Assembly (NCBI GenBank): GCA_039808105.1
Contig: JBDHSN010000001.1
Location: 1 to 59,461, forward strand
Reading direction: 5' to 3'
Length of the DNA: 59,461 nt
Origin: Rhodospirillales bacterium
GTDB taxonomy: Bacteria > Pseudomonadota > Alphaproteobacteria > Rhodospirillales > Defluviicoccaceae
In this document: in pieces, positions 1 to 10,900 of the stretch
Layout of the letters: each line of letters opens with the position of its first letter
Position numbering within the stretch: position 1 is the first letter of the stretch
The notes under the pieces: generated by a model
The model's database searches: none
The model's input: only the letters and a program-made list of their open reading frames with translations
What the model was told of the DNA's origin: nothing
Made by a program: the position numbers and the translations under genes

Positions 1-491
1 TCGTCGAAGTGCAGCGCCGCTTCCTCCTCGACCTTGATCGAATAGCCGAGGAACATCTCGACGCTGGTCATCTCCAGCCCACCCTTGAAGGTCCCGGCGG
101 CAGTGGACATCGCCGGACGCTTCGCCGGCAGCGTCTCGTCACCCTCGAAGCAGACGAGAATGTCCTCGTTGCGAACGATGTACTGGCAGGCGAGGCGGTA
201 GCGCGACGGCACGTCGTAGACTTCGGCGTTTTCCAGTTCCGCGGCGGTGATCTTGCCGAGCTGACGCAGCATTTCCTTTTCTTTTTCTTGCATGTTGACG
301 CCCATCTTCTCGCCTTCGTCGAGACGCGTCACCTCGATCAGGCACGAGCCGCATTCGCCGTCGCCGCAGTCGAACGGGATCGGAATCCGGTGCGCCCTGG
401 CGAGCGACAGAAGGCTGCCGCGCTCGCCGGCAACGGCGTAGACGGTGACGTCCTTCGCCATGACCGGCGAGCGGAAGGTGATGTTGGCCAT
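1..491 (-). CDS. FeSII/Shethna-II-like [2Fe-2S] ferredoxin with a C-terminal extension resembling a rubrerythrin/ferritin-like domain (3' end outside the window)
   Basis: Translated by hand; absent from the ORF track because there is no stop in the window. MANITFRSPVMAKDVTVYAVAGERGSLLSLARAHRIPIPFDCGDGECGSCLIEV...YDVPSRYRLACQYIVRNEDILVCFEGDE...EMTSVEMFLGYSIKVEEEAALHFD. Cys at 42/47/50/102. AAGGA SD upstream of the ATG. Confidence 0.85.
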   Translation of the reverse strand, partial: MANITFRSPVMAKDVTVYAVAGERGSLLSLARAHRIPIPFDCGDGECGSCLIEVTRLDEGEKMGVNMQEKEKEMLRQLGKITAAELENAEVYDVPSRYRLACQYIVRNEDILVCFEGDETLPAKRPAMSTAAGTFKGGLEMTSVEMFLGYSIKVEEEAALHFD

Positions 492-614
492 TCGGGTGGT
501 CCTTGTCCTGACTGCAGTGGCACGGCCGACAGCGGCGAGCAACGGCGGTGCGGCGTTCACCAACCGGCTGGCGCGCGGCAGCTTGGTCACGGAGAACGCG
601 ACGCTCGGGCTGAG

Positions 615-631
615 AGCAAGCGCCATGCCAG
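615..631 (-). promoter_or_regulatory. sigma54 (-24/-12) promoter of the FeSII-like gene
   Basis: Minus strand reads CTGGCATGGCGCTTGCT, i.e. GG-N10-GC, matching TGGCAY-N5-TTGCW. Confidence 0.8.
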
Positions 632-693
632 CACCTCTCCCGGCATTAAGTCTGTTCCAGAACAATCGGTTAGAATAGAACGGCGAGGGGCGC

Positions 694-741
694 TGTCCCG
701 AATCCGACAGACCGCCGGACGCCCCTGTCCGGAACGGAACA
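694..741. promoter_or_regulatory. Two NifA-type upstream activator sequences (TGT-N10-ACA)
   Basis: TGTcccgaatccgACA at 694-709 and TGTccggaacggaACA at 726-741, 32 bp apart and upstream of the sigma54 element. Confidence 0.75.
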
Positions 742-936
742 GTCGGCATCTTGCGGCGTCTCGCCAAATGCGTGGCCAGCGCCTGCCGCCACCCGCCGCC
801 CACCTGCCGCCCGATCGGTGCTTGTCCCGGTTGCGGCAGTGGTCTAGCGTCCGATCGTCGGCGGCTGCCGGCATCGTTTGAGACCTTCCGCTTGCGAGGC
901 CAGCTTGCGGCTTCCTTCCATCTTTCGCGTGCCCCT

Positions 937-2079
937 GTGCGCAACATCGTCATCGGCCTGATCATCGGTACCGTGATCGGCATCGTCGTCGGCGCGACGG
1001 TCATCGCGCCGCGGCTGCAGCGCACGACTCCCGGGACGGCTGCCACCACGCCGGCATCGCCGCCACCGCCGGCAGAACTGGCGAAGCAGCTGCCGCGGGT
1101 GCTGGTTCCGCGGCCGGACGTCTCGATGAAGATGGCCAGCGCCTTCCCGCCGGACACCCCGGTCGCCGGGGATCTCGCCCGGCGCATCGATGCGCGCATC
1201 TGGGAGATCTCGCGCGGCCAGTTCGAAATTCGCAGCTTCCCGCCGGGGGCGCTGGTGCCCCCCGCCGACATCTACGACGCCGTCGCCGTCGGCAGCATCG
1301 ATGCCGCCTTCGCACCGGCCCAGGCGGGCGCCGCCAAGGCGCCGGCGCTGGCGCTGTTCGGCGGCACGCCGTTCGGTCCCGATGCCGAGGAGTTTCTCGC
1401 CTGGCTGGAGTTTGGCGGCGGCGGGCCGCTGTTTGCGGAGATCAACCAGCAGCAGGGCGTGCATGCCCTGGTCTGCGGGCTGCTGCCGCCCTCGGCCTTC
1501 GGCTGGTTCCGGCGCGAGCTGCAGTCGCCGCAGGACCTCCGCGGCATCAACGTCAATGCCTCAGGTCTGCCCGGTCAAGTGCTGGCGCGCCTGGGCGCAG
1601 AGGTCGTCGACCTCGCTTCCGGCGAGCTCATGCTGGCAATCGAGCAGGGGGCGGTCGATGGCGTCGTCTGGGCATCGCCCCTGCTCGACGAGCCGATGGG
1701 CTTCGGTGCCTGGCTGAAAAACTACTATCCGCAGGGCTGGAGCCAGTCGCTGACGCTGCTGTCGCTGATGATCAATCAGAAGAAGTGGCAGTCGCTGAAC
1801 ACCATGCAGCGGACTCAGGTGGAAACGCTGTGCGGCGATAACGTCCGCCAGAGCATCGCCGAGGGCGAGGCCGGGCAATTCCGCGCGCTGCAGAAGATCT
1901 ACAGCGGCGGGGTGAGGCTGCAGCGCCTGCCGCCGGCGATCCGCGATGCGCTGGAGCGCGCCTGGCAGCAGGTCGCCCAGCAGATGAGCAGCGACGACGC
2001 GCAGTTCCGCCAGGTCTGGCAGTCGCTCGGCGCCTTCCGGGGCGAGTTCGCCGTCTGGCGGGAGCTGAGCCGCCCCTGA
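937..2079 (+). CDS. TRAP transporter substrate-binding protein (DctP/TakP-like) with an N-terminal hydrophobic segment
   Basis: MKMASAFP...FPPGALVP...PFG...GWFRREL...DLRG...YYPQGWSQ motifs. GTG start at 937 chosen at VRNIVIGLIIG. Confidence 0.8.
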   Translation: MRNIVIGLIIGTVIGIVVGATVIAPRLQRTTPGTAATTPASPPPPAELAKQLPRVLVPRPDVSMKMASAFPPDTPVAGDLARRIDARIWEISRGQFEIRSFPPGALVPPADIYDAVAVGSIDAAFAPAQAGAAKAPALALFGGTPFGPDAEEFLAWLEFGGGGPLFAEINQQQGVHALVCGLLPPSAFGWFRRELQSPQDLRGINVNASGLPGQVLARLGAEVVDLASGELMLAIEQGAVDGVVWASPLLDEPMGFGAWLKNYYPQGWSQSLTLLSLMINQKKWQSLNTMQRTQVETLCGDNVRQSIAEGEAGQFRALQKIYSGGVRLQRLPPAIRDALERAWQQVAQQMSSDDAQFRQVWQSLGAFRGEFAVWRELSRP

Positions 2080-2106
2080 TACCCCGCCGCACCGCGGCCG
2101 GCATGC

Positions 2107-3225
2107 TCAGGACGGCCGATGGAGCACGCCACCGGTACGCGGCTGGGGAACGCCGGTGGTGGACGGAAGCGTCAGCGGCAGGCCGCGGACCGCGCGGACG
2201 GCGAGGAAGGCGAAGGCCTCGGCCTCCAGGAAGTCTCCCCGCCATCCCTGCGTCTCCACTGCCTCGACCGGCGCGCCGAGGGTCTCTGCCAGCAATGCCA
2301 TCAGCCGCCGGTTATGGCGGCCGCCGCCGCACACCAGCCAGCGCCGCGGCGCCTCCGGCAACAGCAGCACGGCCAGCGCGATGGCGCGGGCGGTGAATGC
2401 CGCAAGGGTGGCGGCGCCGTCGGCCACCGACATTGCCGCCACGGCATCGAGGGCAAAGCGGAAGTCGTCGCGATCGAGCGATTTCGGCGGTGGGCGCAGG
2501 AACCATGGCCGCCGCAGCCACGCCATCACCCGGGCGCCGTCGACCGTGCCCTGTGCCGCCAGCGCGCCGCCCTCGTCGAACGGCTGGCCGGTGCGGGCGC
2601 GCACGAAGTCGTCGAGCAGGGCGTTGCCGGGGCCGGTATCGAACGCCAGCAGCGCCGGCTCACCGTCCTGCGGCCCGATCCAGGTGAGGTTGGCGACACC
2701 GCCGATGTTCACCACCGCCAGAGGCCGCGCCACGCCTTGCGCCAGCGCCTGATGGTAGAGCGGCACCAGCGGCGCCCCCTGCCCGCCGGCCGCCACGTCG
2801 GCACTGCGGAAGTCACTGACCACCGGGACGCCAAGCGTGTCGGCCAGCCGCTGGCCGCAGCCGACCTGCACCGATCGCTGCTTCTCCGGCCGGTGCAGCA
2901 CCGTCTGGCCGTGGAAGCCGACGAGATCGATGCCGGCCGGCGTCAGGCCGGCGCCGGCCAGCAGCCGGCAGACGGCTTCGGCGTGCCGGTCGGTCAGCTC
3001 GTCGATCACCGCCCGGTCGCCGTCGCCCGGCTCGCGGCCGAGCAGACGGCGCAGCCGCTCGCGAAAGGCTTGCGGGTAGGGGAAGGTGGCGGCCGGCCCG
3101 CTCGCGGCGATGTGTTCGCCATCGGTGGTGAGCAGTGCCGCGTCGATCCCGTCCAGCGACGTGCCGCTCATCAGCCCGATGGCCCGCAGCGGCCGGCCAT
3201 CGCCGAGGTCTCGCGCCGTCTCCAT
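2107..3225 (-). CDS. anmK: Anhydro-N-acetylmuramic acid kinase
   Basis: [43 protein letters not shown] and CGGG motifs; divergent from tyrS. Confidence 0.95.
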   Translation of the reverse strand: METARDLGDGRPLRAIGLMSGTSLDGIDAALLTTDGEHIAASGPAATFPYPQAFRERLRRLLGREPGDGDRAVIDELTDRHAEAVCRLLAGAGLTPAGIDLVGFHGQTVLHRPEKQRSVQVGCGQRLADTLGVPVVSDFRSADVAAGGQGAPLVPLYHQALAQGVARPLAVVNIGGVANLTWIGPQDGEPALLAFDTGPGNALLDDFVRARTGQPFDEGGALAAQGTVDGARVMAWLRRPWFLRPPPKSLDRDDFRFALDAVAAMSVADGAATLAAFTARAIALAVLLLPEAPRRWLVCGGGRHNRRLMALLAETLGAPVEAVETQGWRGDFLEAEAFAFLAVRAVRGLPLTLPSTTGVPQPRTGGVLHRPS

Positions 3226-3333
3226 CCCGCCCTCCCGGCCACGCGGCGCTTGCGCCCCGCCTGCCCTGCGTTGTCGCCCTGCCGGCCGCTGTGCTACCAA
3301 GCCGGGGCCCGTTCCTTATCACAGACCTTTCCG

Positions 3334-4587
3334 ATGCCCGATCCCCGTTCCACGTTCGTCCGCACGGTCGTCGACCGCGGCTACCTGCACCAGTGCACCG
3401 ACCTCGACGCCCTCGACGCGCTCGCCGGCGAACGAACGCTGACTGCCTATATCGGCTTCGACTGCACCGCCCCCAGCCTGCACGTCGGCAGCCTCGTCTC
3501 GATCATGCTGCTGCGCCGGCTGCAGCAGGCCGGCCATAGGCCGATCGTGCTGATGGGCGGCGGAACGACGCGGATCGGCGATCCCACCGGCCGCGACGAG
3601 GCGCGCAAGCTGCTCTCCGACGCCGAGATCGCCACCAACATGGCCGGCATCCGCAAGGTCTTCGCCCGCTTCCTCGACTTCGGCGACGCGCCGACGGGCG
3701 CGGTGATGGTGAACAACGCCGACTGGCTCGACGGGCTCGCCTACATCCCGTTCCTGCGCGACTTCGGCCGCCACTTCTCGGTCAACCGCATGCTCACCTT
3801 CGAATCGGTGAAGCTGCGGCTGGAGCGCGAGCAGCCGCTGTCGTTCCTCGAGTTCAACTACATGATCCTGCAGGCCTACGATTTTCTCGAGCTGTCGCGG
3901 CGGCGCGACTGCCTTTTGCAGATGGGCGGCTCCGACCAGTGGGGCAACATCGTCGCCGGAGTCGAGCTCGCGCGCCGGGTCGACGGCCGCACGCTGTTCG
4001 GGCTGACGACACCGCTGATCACCACCGCCTCCGGCGCCAAGATGGGAAAGACCGCCTCGGGTGCCGTCTGGCTGTCGGACGAGATGCTGTCGCCCTATCA
4101 GTATTGGCAGTTCTGGCGGAACAGCGAGGATGCCGACGTCGGCCGCTTCCTGCGGCTGTTTACCGAGCTGCCGCTGGCCGAGATCGAGCGGCTGGAACGG
4201 CTGCAGGGCCCGGCCATCAACGACGCCAAGGTCGTCCTCGCCGATGAGGCGACGCGGCTCTGCCACGGCGAGGCGGCACGGGCAGCGGCCGCCGAAACGG
4301 CCCGGCGGACCTTCGCCGAGGACGGCACCGGTGATGCCCTGCCCAGCATCGAGGTCGGTCGCGGCGAGCTGGCAGCCGGCATCCCGGCATTCGAGCTGTT
4401 CCGCCGCGCCGGCCTCGCCGCATCCGGCGGTGAGGCCCGCCGCCTGATCAAGGGCGGTGGCGCGCGGCTGAACAATCAGCCGTTGGCGGAGGAAACCCGC
4501 GCCATCGGCCTCGCCGATCTCGATCCGGACGGCAAGCTCAAGCTGTCCGCCGGCAAGAAGCGCCACGCCCTCGTGCGCATCGTCTGA
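3334..4587 (+). CDS. tyrS: Tyrosine--tRNA ligase
   Basis: [14 protein letters not shown] (HIGH-like), [15 protein letters not shown] and a C-terminal S4-like domain. Confidence 0.97.
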   Translation: MPDPRSTFVRTVVDRGYLHQCTDLDALDALAGERTLTAYIGFDCTAPSLHVGSLVSIMLLRRLQQAGHRPIVLMGGGTTRIGDPTGRDEARKLLSDAEIATNMAGIRKVFARFLDFGDAPTGAVMVNNADWLDGLAYIPFLRDFGRHFSVNRMLTFESVKLRLEREQPLSFLEFNYMILQAYDFLELSRRRDCLLQMGGSDQWGNIVAGVELARRVDGRTLFGLTTPLITTASGAKMGKTASGAVWLSDEMLSPYQYWQFWRNSEDADVGRFLRLFTELPLAEIERLERLQGPAINDAKVVLADEATRLCHGEAARAAAAETARRTFAEDGTGDALPSIEVGRGELAAGIPAFELFRRAGLAASGGEARRLIKGGGARLNNQPLAEETRAIGLADLDPDGKLKLSAGKKRHALVRIV

Positions 4588-4608
4588 CACGCAGAGGGCG
4601 CCGCGTGG

Positions 4609-7600
4609 TCAGGGTGCGGCGACGCCAAGATCGGTGGTGATGGTTTCGGCCGCCCCGCCTGACCAGCCTGACAGCACCTCCAGCAACCAGCGCAGGAACC
4701 CGGGGAAGAGGACGCTGACCGGGTTGACCGAGACCGCCGGGTCGTCCAGCGGGCCTTTCACGGTATAGGCCGCCGAGAAGACGCCGGCCCCGCGCTCGCC
4801 GCCGGTCATTATGCTGCCCAGCAGCGGCAGCCGGCCGAGGACATTGTTGATGGTGTAGAACGGCACCAGCCGGCCGCCGACATCGACGGTTTCCGCTGCC
4901 ACATCGACCGTCCCGGCGAAGGTCATCCCCAGCGACCAGCCGGCGGCGCGGCCGTCGGTGATCTCCAGCACATCGTTCTTGAAGCTGAATGGCAGTTCGA
5001 AGACATTAAAGGCGATGCCGCGGCCGGTGAGGGTGTCGCGAATGCCGGTGACCGCAAGGATGCTCAGCAGCCTCGCCAGGATCGGCGCATTGACGACGTG
5101 GAAGCGGCGCACCGTCACCCTGCCGGTCAGCGGGCTCGCCGGATCGGTGTCGTCGAACCGTGCCCGCGCCTCCAGTTCGCCGCCGCGCGCGTCGGGGAAG
5201 ATGCGGAAGGCACTCAACGCCTCGCCGGCGTTTGCCGCACTCGCCCGCAATACCCTTCCGCCTTCATTGTCGGGGGCGAGCGAGAGATGCACCGGGCTGC
5301 CATCGATCAGGCGCCCTTCCAGCCTTGCCACCATCAGACGCCCGTTCTGGTGCAGCGCCGACGCCCGGACGTCGCGCAGGGACTCGGTGTGGGAAAGCCA
5401 TACGGTCTCAAGGTCCGCCGCCATCGTGATATCGGGTAACGCGTCCATCCCGCCGCCGTCGCTGCCCTTGCGCTTGCCGAGCCCGTCCAGGATCGGCTGC
5501 AGATCCAGCGCGATGCCGTTAACCGCGACATCCCAGCCACCACCGGCCCTCGCCGCGAGTGTTCCGGTAAGGTTGGTGCGGCCCGCGTTCAGCCGGGCGA
5601 CTTCGGCACTGTCCAGTCCGCCACCGGGGCCGAACCGGCACGACGCGGCGAAATCGAGGCCAGGAGCGAGCAGCTCGAACTGCGGCACCGCCGCCAGGCG
5701 GCCATTCTCGAAGCGCAGCGAGGATTCCCAGCTACCCGCAGTGCCGGCCCGCTTGCTCCAGCCGATCGGCGGGATCGCCAGCGACGCATGAGTCAGATCC
5801 ATGGTAGCGGCGAGGACACCGCCGCCGGCCTGCGACTGATCGAAGGTAACCCTGCCGGACAGCCCCCCCTCGCGCAGGTAGGGACGGAGGTCAGCGACGC
5901 CGCGCAAGGCACGGCGGATCCGCTCCACCGGCGCGTCGGTGAAGCTGAACGAGGCCATCGTCCGCGGCTCGACGTCATCGACGAACGAGTCGCTCACCCG
6001 CAATTCGCCGTCGATACCGGCGATGCCGAGCCGGCCGGCGGCGCGCAGGCCGCGATTGTCGATGCGCAGGCGGGCATTGCCATTGCTGATGTCGACACCG
6101 TTGATCGCATGGCTGATGCCGAGATTGCGCAGCTCGACGTCCGCATCGATCTGCACCTGGTCGGCATCGAGGTCATCGACCAGGGGAAAGCGCATCATCA
6201 GGCGGGTCGTGACCTCCCCCGAGGTCTGTTCCGGGTCGATGCCGATCTTCGAATCGTAGTCGAGCGGTTGCGAGGCGATGATGGTCATCGCCGACCTGAC
6301 CGGGCCGGCGATGAACAGATCGATGTCGATCTGCTGGTCCTGCTGGTCGAAGCCGGAAATCAGGACGAATCCGTCGCCGACCGTCAGCCCGGCCGCATTG
6401 CCCGCATCGATATCGATGCGCAGGCTGTTGAGATCGGCGGTCACCGTTCCGGCAGCGTTTCTGACCACCGGCATCGGCGGCAGGTAGGCAACCGTCAGCC
6501 GCTCGACGTCGAAGCGGGCAGCAAGGGCGGTCGCACGGATTTCGTCGCCCTCGCTGGTGAACGAAATCTCGGCCTCGGCATGCGGCACGATGCCGTCGTG
6601 CAGGTGCTGGGTGCACCACTTCCCGGCGCCGGGCGCGATGCTCGGCGGCCAATAGCGCCGGAAGTCGTTCACGTGGACGTCGCTGGCGGTGACCGTCAGC
6701 TTGCCGGACGGCGCGCCCAGCAAGTTATTGATCTCGGCGGTTATCCGCGCCCGCAGTCCGTCGAGATCGAGATCGAGCTGCTTGACCGTAAGTTGCCCGG
6801 CCCGATAGACGCCCGAGCCGGCCAATTCCATCAGGGGGAAGCGGAAGTTTACCGGGGCCGGGACGAACAGGGTCGTCCCCGGTGCAAAGCCGAGCGCGAA
6901 GGTATCGACCGCGACGGCGTCGGTGGCGGCATCGAAAGCGGCTTTCAGCGCCAGGTTGCGAACCGCCAGATGTTGTTCCGGCGGCGCCAGACCGGCGTCT
7001 TCGGCCAGCGGCCCGGCCAGCCTGAGCGCCCCTTCGGAGCTGGTCAGGTCGATCGCCGCGCTGGCAAGGCGGCCTTCCGCGCCGATCCGCAGATCGATGG
7101 TGCCCTTAAGCGGCAGGTCGAGCATCGCCAGCGGCGCCAGCGCCTGGCTCAGATCGGCAAAAAGCGCCGGGCGAAGGCCGCCGAGGCTGAGGGTCAGCGC
7201 CAGATCGCCGGTGGCGGGCGTTGGCGCCAGCACGGCCGTTGCCTGCGCCTGTTCGTGATCGCGACTCACCGCCAGCGCGACATTGCCACCCAGCCGACGC
7301 TCGTCATCCCGCTGCAGCTCCGCCTGCGTTACCTGCAGCTGCCAGTCGCCGGCCCCGCCTGGCCCGGCGTCGCCGGGCGGCCGGTAGTGCACCTGAACAT
7401 CGTGCAGCCGCGCCGCATCGAGGTAGCTGAGCGGATGCGCCGGATCGCGCGGACCGCGCAGCCCGCGCAGCAGGTCATCGATGGAAGCCCCGTTGGCGTC
7501 CTCGCCACCGCCCGCCGGCACTGCCGACGGCAGGGTGACGGCGATCCCCTCCGCCTCGATCGAGGTTGGGGCGATGACGACGTGGGCCAGTGCCTGGGCG

Positions 7601-7899
7601 CTGAAACCAACGACGACATTGTCGATGCGGGCGTATTCCGTCCCGCCATCGTCGCGCACCCGCACCCCCGCTGCCTGCACCACCAGGCCGCGCTGCCAGT
7701 CCTGCCACAGAATGCCAAGGTTGCCGATCTCGAACCGGTAAGGGGTGACCTTCTCCAGCATCCGCGCCAGCCCCGGCGCCAGTGATCCCAGCGACACCGG
7801 GCCAACCGACAGGCGCAGGGTGATCAGCGCCAGCAGCACCACGATGATCGCCACTGCGCCGGCCAGCAGCCGCACAAACAGATGCACAAGTCGTCCCAT
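4609..7899 (-). CDS. YhdP/AsmA-family protein (bridge-like lipid transport)
   Basis: 1096 aa, N-terminal TM plus GPVSL, YWP motif, and C-terminal GIAF...LVPFYTINN...GPLDDPAVSVNP typical of the AsmA_2 end. Confidence 0.8.
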   Translation of the reverse strand: MGRLVHLFVRLLAGAVAIIVVLLALITLRLSVGPVSLGSLAPGLARMLEKVTPYRFEIGNLGILWQDWQRGLVVQAAGVRVRDDGGTEYARIDNVVVGFSAQALAHVVIAPTSIEAEGIAVTLPSAVPAGGGEDANGASIDDLLRGLRGPRDPAHPLSYLDAARLHDVQVHYRPPGDAGPGGAGDWQLQVTQAELQRDDERRLGGNVALAVSRDHEQAQATAVLAPTPATGDLALTLSLGGLRPALFADLSQALAPLAMLDLPLKGTIDLRIGAEGRLASAAIDLTSSEGALRLAGPLAEDAGLAPPEQHLAVRNLALKAAFDAATDAVAVDTFALGFAPGTTLFVPAPVNFRFPLMELAGSGVYRAGQLTVKQLDLDLDGLRARITAEINNLLGAPSGKLTVTASDVHVNDFRRYWPPSIAPGAGKWCTQHLHDGIVPHAEAEISFTSEGDEIRATALAARFDVERLTVAYLPPMPVVRNAAGTVTADLNSLRIDIDAGNAAGLTVGDGFVLISGFDQQDQQIDIDLFIAGPVRSAMTIIASQPLDYDSKIGIDPEQTSGEVTTRLMMRFPLVDDLDADQVQIDADVELRNLGISHAINGVDISNGNARLRIDNRGLRAAGRLGIAGIDGELRVSDSFVDDVEPRTMASFSFTDAPVERIRRALRGVADLRPYLREGGLSGRVTFDQSQAGGGVLAATMDLTHASLAIPPIGWSKRAGTAGSWESSLRFENGRLAAVPQFELLAPGLDFAASCRFGPGGGLDSAEVARLNAGRTNLTGTLAARAGGGWDVAVNGIALDLQPILDGLGKRKGSDGGGMDALPDITMAADLETVWLSHTESLRDVRASALHQNGRLMVARLEGRLIDGSPVHLSLAPDNEGGRVLRASAANAGEALSAFRIFPDARGGELEARARFDDTDPASPLTGRVTVRRFHVVNAPILARLLSILAVTGIRDTLTGRGIAFNVFELPFSFKNDVLEITDGRAAGWSLGMTFAGTVDVAAETVDVGGRLVPFYTINNVLGRLPLLGSIMTGGERGAGVFSAAYTVKGPLDDPAVSVNPVSVLFPGFLRWLLEVLSGWSGGAAETITTDLGVAAP

Positions 7900-7977
7900 T
7901 CCCGGTTATTCCTGTTGAGTTCGCGCCGGTGGCGGCGCGCGGCCGGTGGAGTTTGCGCGAAAGCGGGTGCTTGGACC

Positions 7978-10900
7978 ATGAGTAAGCTTCACCCGTCGTT
8001 CCGGAGTGATCCGCTGCCGGCGGCAGCGGACGCCGATCAGGCCCGGCGCGGCATCGACCGCTGGCAGGACGCGCTCGCCGCCAAGGCAGATCCGGAGGAT
8101 CGGCAGATGGCCGATCGTCTGTGCGCCGACGAGCGGTGCGCCGCGCTACTCGCCGCCATCTTCGGCAACAGCCCCTTTCTGACGCTGATGGCGGAACTGG
8201 AACCCGCGTTTTTGGTCCGGCTGCTGGTCAGCGGCGCGGATGCCGCACGGGACGGGCTCAATGCCGACCTGCAGGAACTGCGCCGGCGGGCCATCGGCGG
8301 CAACGATCCGGGAGCGGCGCTGCGTCACGCCAAGCGCCGGCTGGCGCTGACGACCGCCATCGCCGACATCGCCTCGGTCTGGCCGCTGGAACGGGTCACC
8401 GGCGCGTTGTCCTCCTTCGCCGGAGCGGCGATGGACGTGGCGCTCTCCTTCCTGTTGGCCAGCGCCGCCGCGCGCAACGAGGTGATTCTCGCCGAGCCTT
8501 CCGATCCGCTGCAGCGGTGCGGCCTGATCGTTCTCGGCATGGGCAAGCTGGGAGCGGGCGAGCTCAACTACTCCAGCGACATCGACCTGATCGTCTTCTG
8601 GGATCCGGAACGCCTGCGCACGGCGGTCGCCGAGACCCGCCAGCGCACGGCAGAGCGCCTGGTCCGCGGTCTCGTCCGGCTGATGGCCGACCGCACCCGC
8701 GACGGCTACGTGTTCCGCACCGACCTGCGGCTGCGTCCCGACCCCGGTGCGACACCTGTTGCGATCCCGATCCTCGCCGCGGAGGAATATTACGAGACGC
8801 TCGGGCAGAACTGGGAGCGGGCGGCGCTGATCAAGGCGCGGCCGGTGGCCGGCGACCGCATCGCCGGAGAAGAGTTCCTGCGTTGGCTGAAGCCCTTCAT
8901 CTGGCGCAAGCATCTGGACTTCGCCGCCATCCAGGACATCCATTCGATCAAGCGGCAGATCAACGCCTATCGCGGCGGCAGCCGGATCAAGCTCGCCGGC
9001 CACAACGTCAAGCTCGGCCGGGGGGGGATCCGCGAAATCGAGTTCTTCGCCCAGACCCAGCAGCTGATCTGGGGCGGCCGCATCCCCTCGGTCCGCCGGA
9101 CCGGCACTATCGACGCGCTCGCCGCCCTCGCCCACGCCGGCAAGATCAGCGCCGATGTTGCCGCGGAGATGACCGTCGCCTACCGCTATCTCCGGCGCGT
9201 CGAGCACCGCCTGCAGATGATCAACGATGCTCAGACCCACTCGCTGCCGGACGATCCGGAGAAGCTGGACGCGCTCGCCGGGTTTCTCGGCTATCCATCG
9301 CTGGAGCCGTTCGCCGAGGCGCTGCTGGCCACCCTGCGCCGGGTCGAGACCCACTACGCCGAGCTGTTCGAGGATGCGCCGGCGCTGACGCTGCCTGGGA
9401 CCGTCGGCGGTAACCTCGTGTTCACCGGCGGCGAGGCCGACCCGGAGACGCTGGCGACCCTGCAGCGGCTCGGCTTCAGCAACGTCCAGACCATCGACGC
9501 CGCGGTCCGCGGCTGGCACCACGGCCGCTGCCGGGCGATGCGCAGCGTGCGGGCGCGCGAACTGCTGACCGAACTGCTGCCTCACCTGCTCAAGGCGCTG
9601 GCAGCGAAGCCCGATCCTGATGCCGCCTTCCTCGCCTTCGACCGCTTCCTCAACGGCCTGCCGGCGGGCGTGCAGCTGTTCTCGATGTTCCACGCCAACC
9701 CGCCGCTGCTCGGCCTCGTCACCGACATCCTGGGGGTGGCGCCGGCGCTCGCCGATCACCTGGCGCGACGTCCGTCGGTACTGGAAAGCGTGCTCTCCGC
9801 GCCGGACTTCTTCCAGCCGCCAATCCCGCTGGAAGACCTGGAAGAGGAACTGCAGGGTATCCTCGACCAGGCCCGGGATTTCGAGGACACGCTGGATCTG
9901 GCGCGGCGCTGGGCCAACGACCGCCGCTTCCAGGTCGGCGTTCAGGCCCTGAAGAGCCTGATCGACACCAAGGCCGCCGGCGCCGCCTGGTCGCGCGTCG
10001 CCGAAGCGGCGCTGCGCCGGCTGCTGCCCCTGATCGAGGCGGAGTTCGCCCGCACCCACGGACGCATCGCCGGCTGTGACATGGCCATCCTGGGAATGGG
10101 CAAGCTGGGGGGAGCGGAGATGACGGCGACCTCCGATCTCGACCTCATCTTCATCTATTGCACGCCGCCCGAGGGTGCCCACTCGGACGGGCGCAGGCCG
10201 CTGCCGGCGCCGCTGTACTTTGCCCGGCTGAGCCAGCGGCTGATCAACGCCATCACCGCGCCAACGGCGGAGGGACGGCTGTACGAGGTCGACATGCGGC
10301 TGCGCCCCTCCGGCAAGGCCGGCCCGATTGCCGTCAGCTCGACCACCTTTGCCCGCTATCAGCTCGAAGACGCCTGGGTTTGGGAACAGATGGCGTTGAC
10401 CCGGGCGCGGGTGATCGCCGGACCGGCGGCCCTCGCCGCCGACATCGAAGCGGCGATCCGCACCGTCCTGACCCGGCGGCGCGATCCGCTGGCGCTTGTC
10501 GTCGACGTCGCCGAGATGCGCGAGAAAATGGCGGCCGAGCATCCCACCAAAAGCCTGTGGGAACCGAAGCACGTGCGCGGCGGCCTGATCGACATCGAGT
10601 TCATCGCCCAGTACCTGCAGCTACGCGAGGCGCACGCCCATCCGCAGGTGCTGTCGCAGAATACCTTCATCGCCCTCAGCCGCCTTGGCGATGCTGGCAT
10701 CCTGATGCCCCAGGCAGCCCGCGAGCTGCGCAACGCGCTGGCCCTGTGGCAGGCAGTGCAGGCGCGGATCCGCCTGAACATCGGCACCGGGATCACCGCC
10801 GAGGGCGGGGACGATGCGCCGCGGTCGCTGAAGGTGGCGGCCGACGGCATCGCCGGCCTCGACTTCCCGACACTGGTGGCGCGGCTGCATCGCGCCGCCG

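Noticed and set aside
492-626. In-frame upstream ATG (626) with GGAGAG for the FeSII-like gene
   Set aside because: It lies inside the sigma54 -24/-12 element. The FeSII-like sequence starts at 491, which has its own SD.
9-881. 290-aa plus-strand ORF
   Set aside because: Antisense shadow of the FeSII-like gene and its promoter; no recognisable motifs.
2119-3333. Apparent ~400-aa N-terminal extension on TyrS, and similar extensions on Bcp, the SDR, the OFOR beta subunit, the rhodanese and the MFP
   Set aside because: Stop-poor high-GC frames overlapping real neighbouring genes; not fusions.
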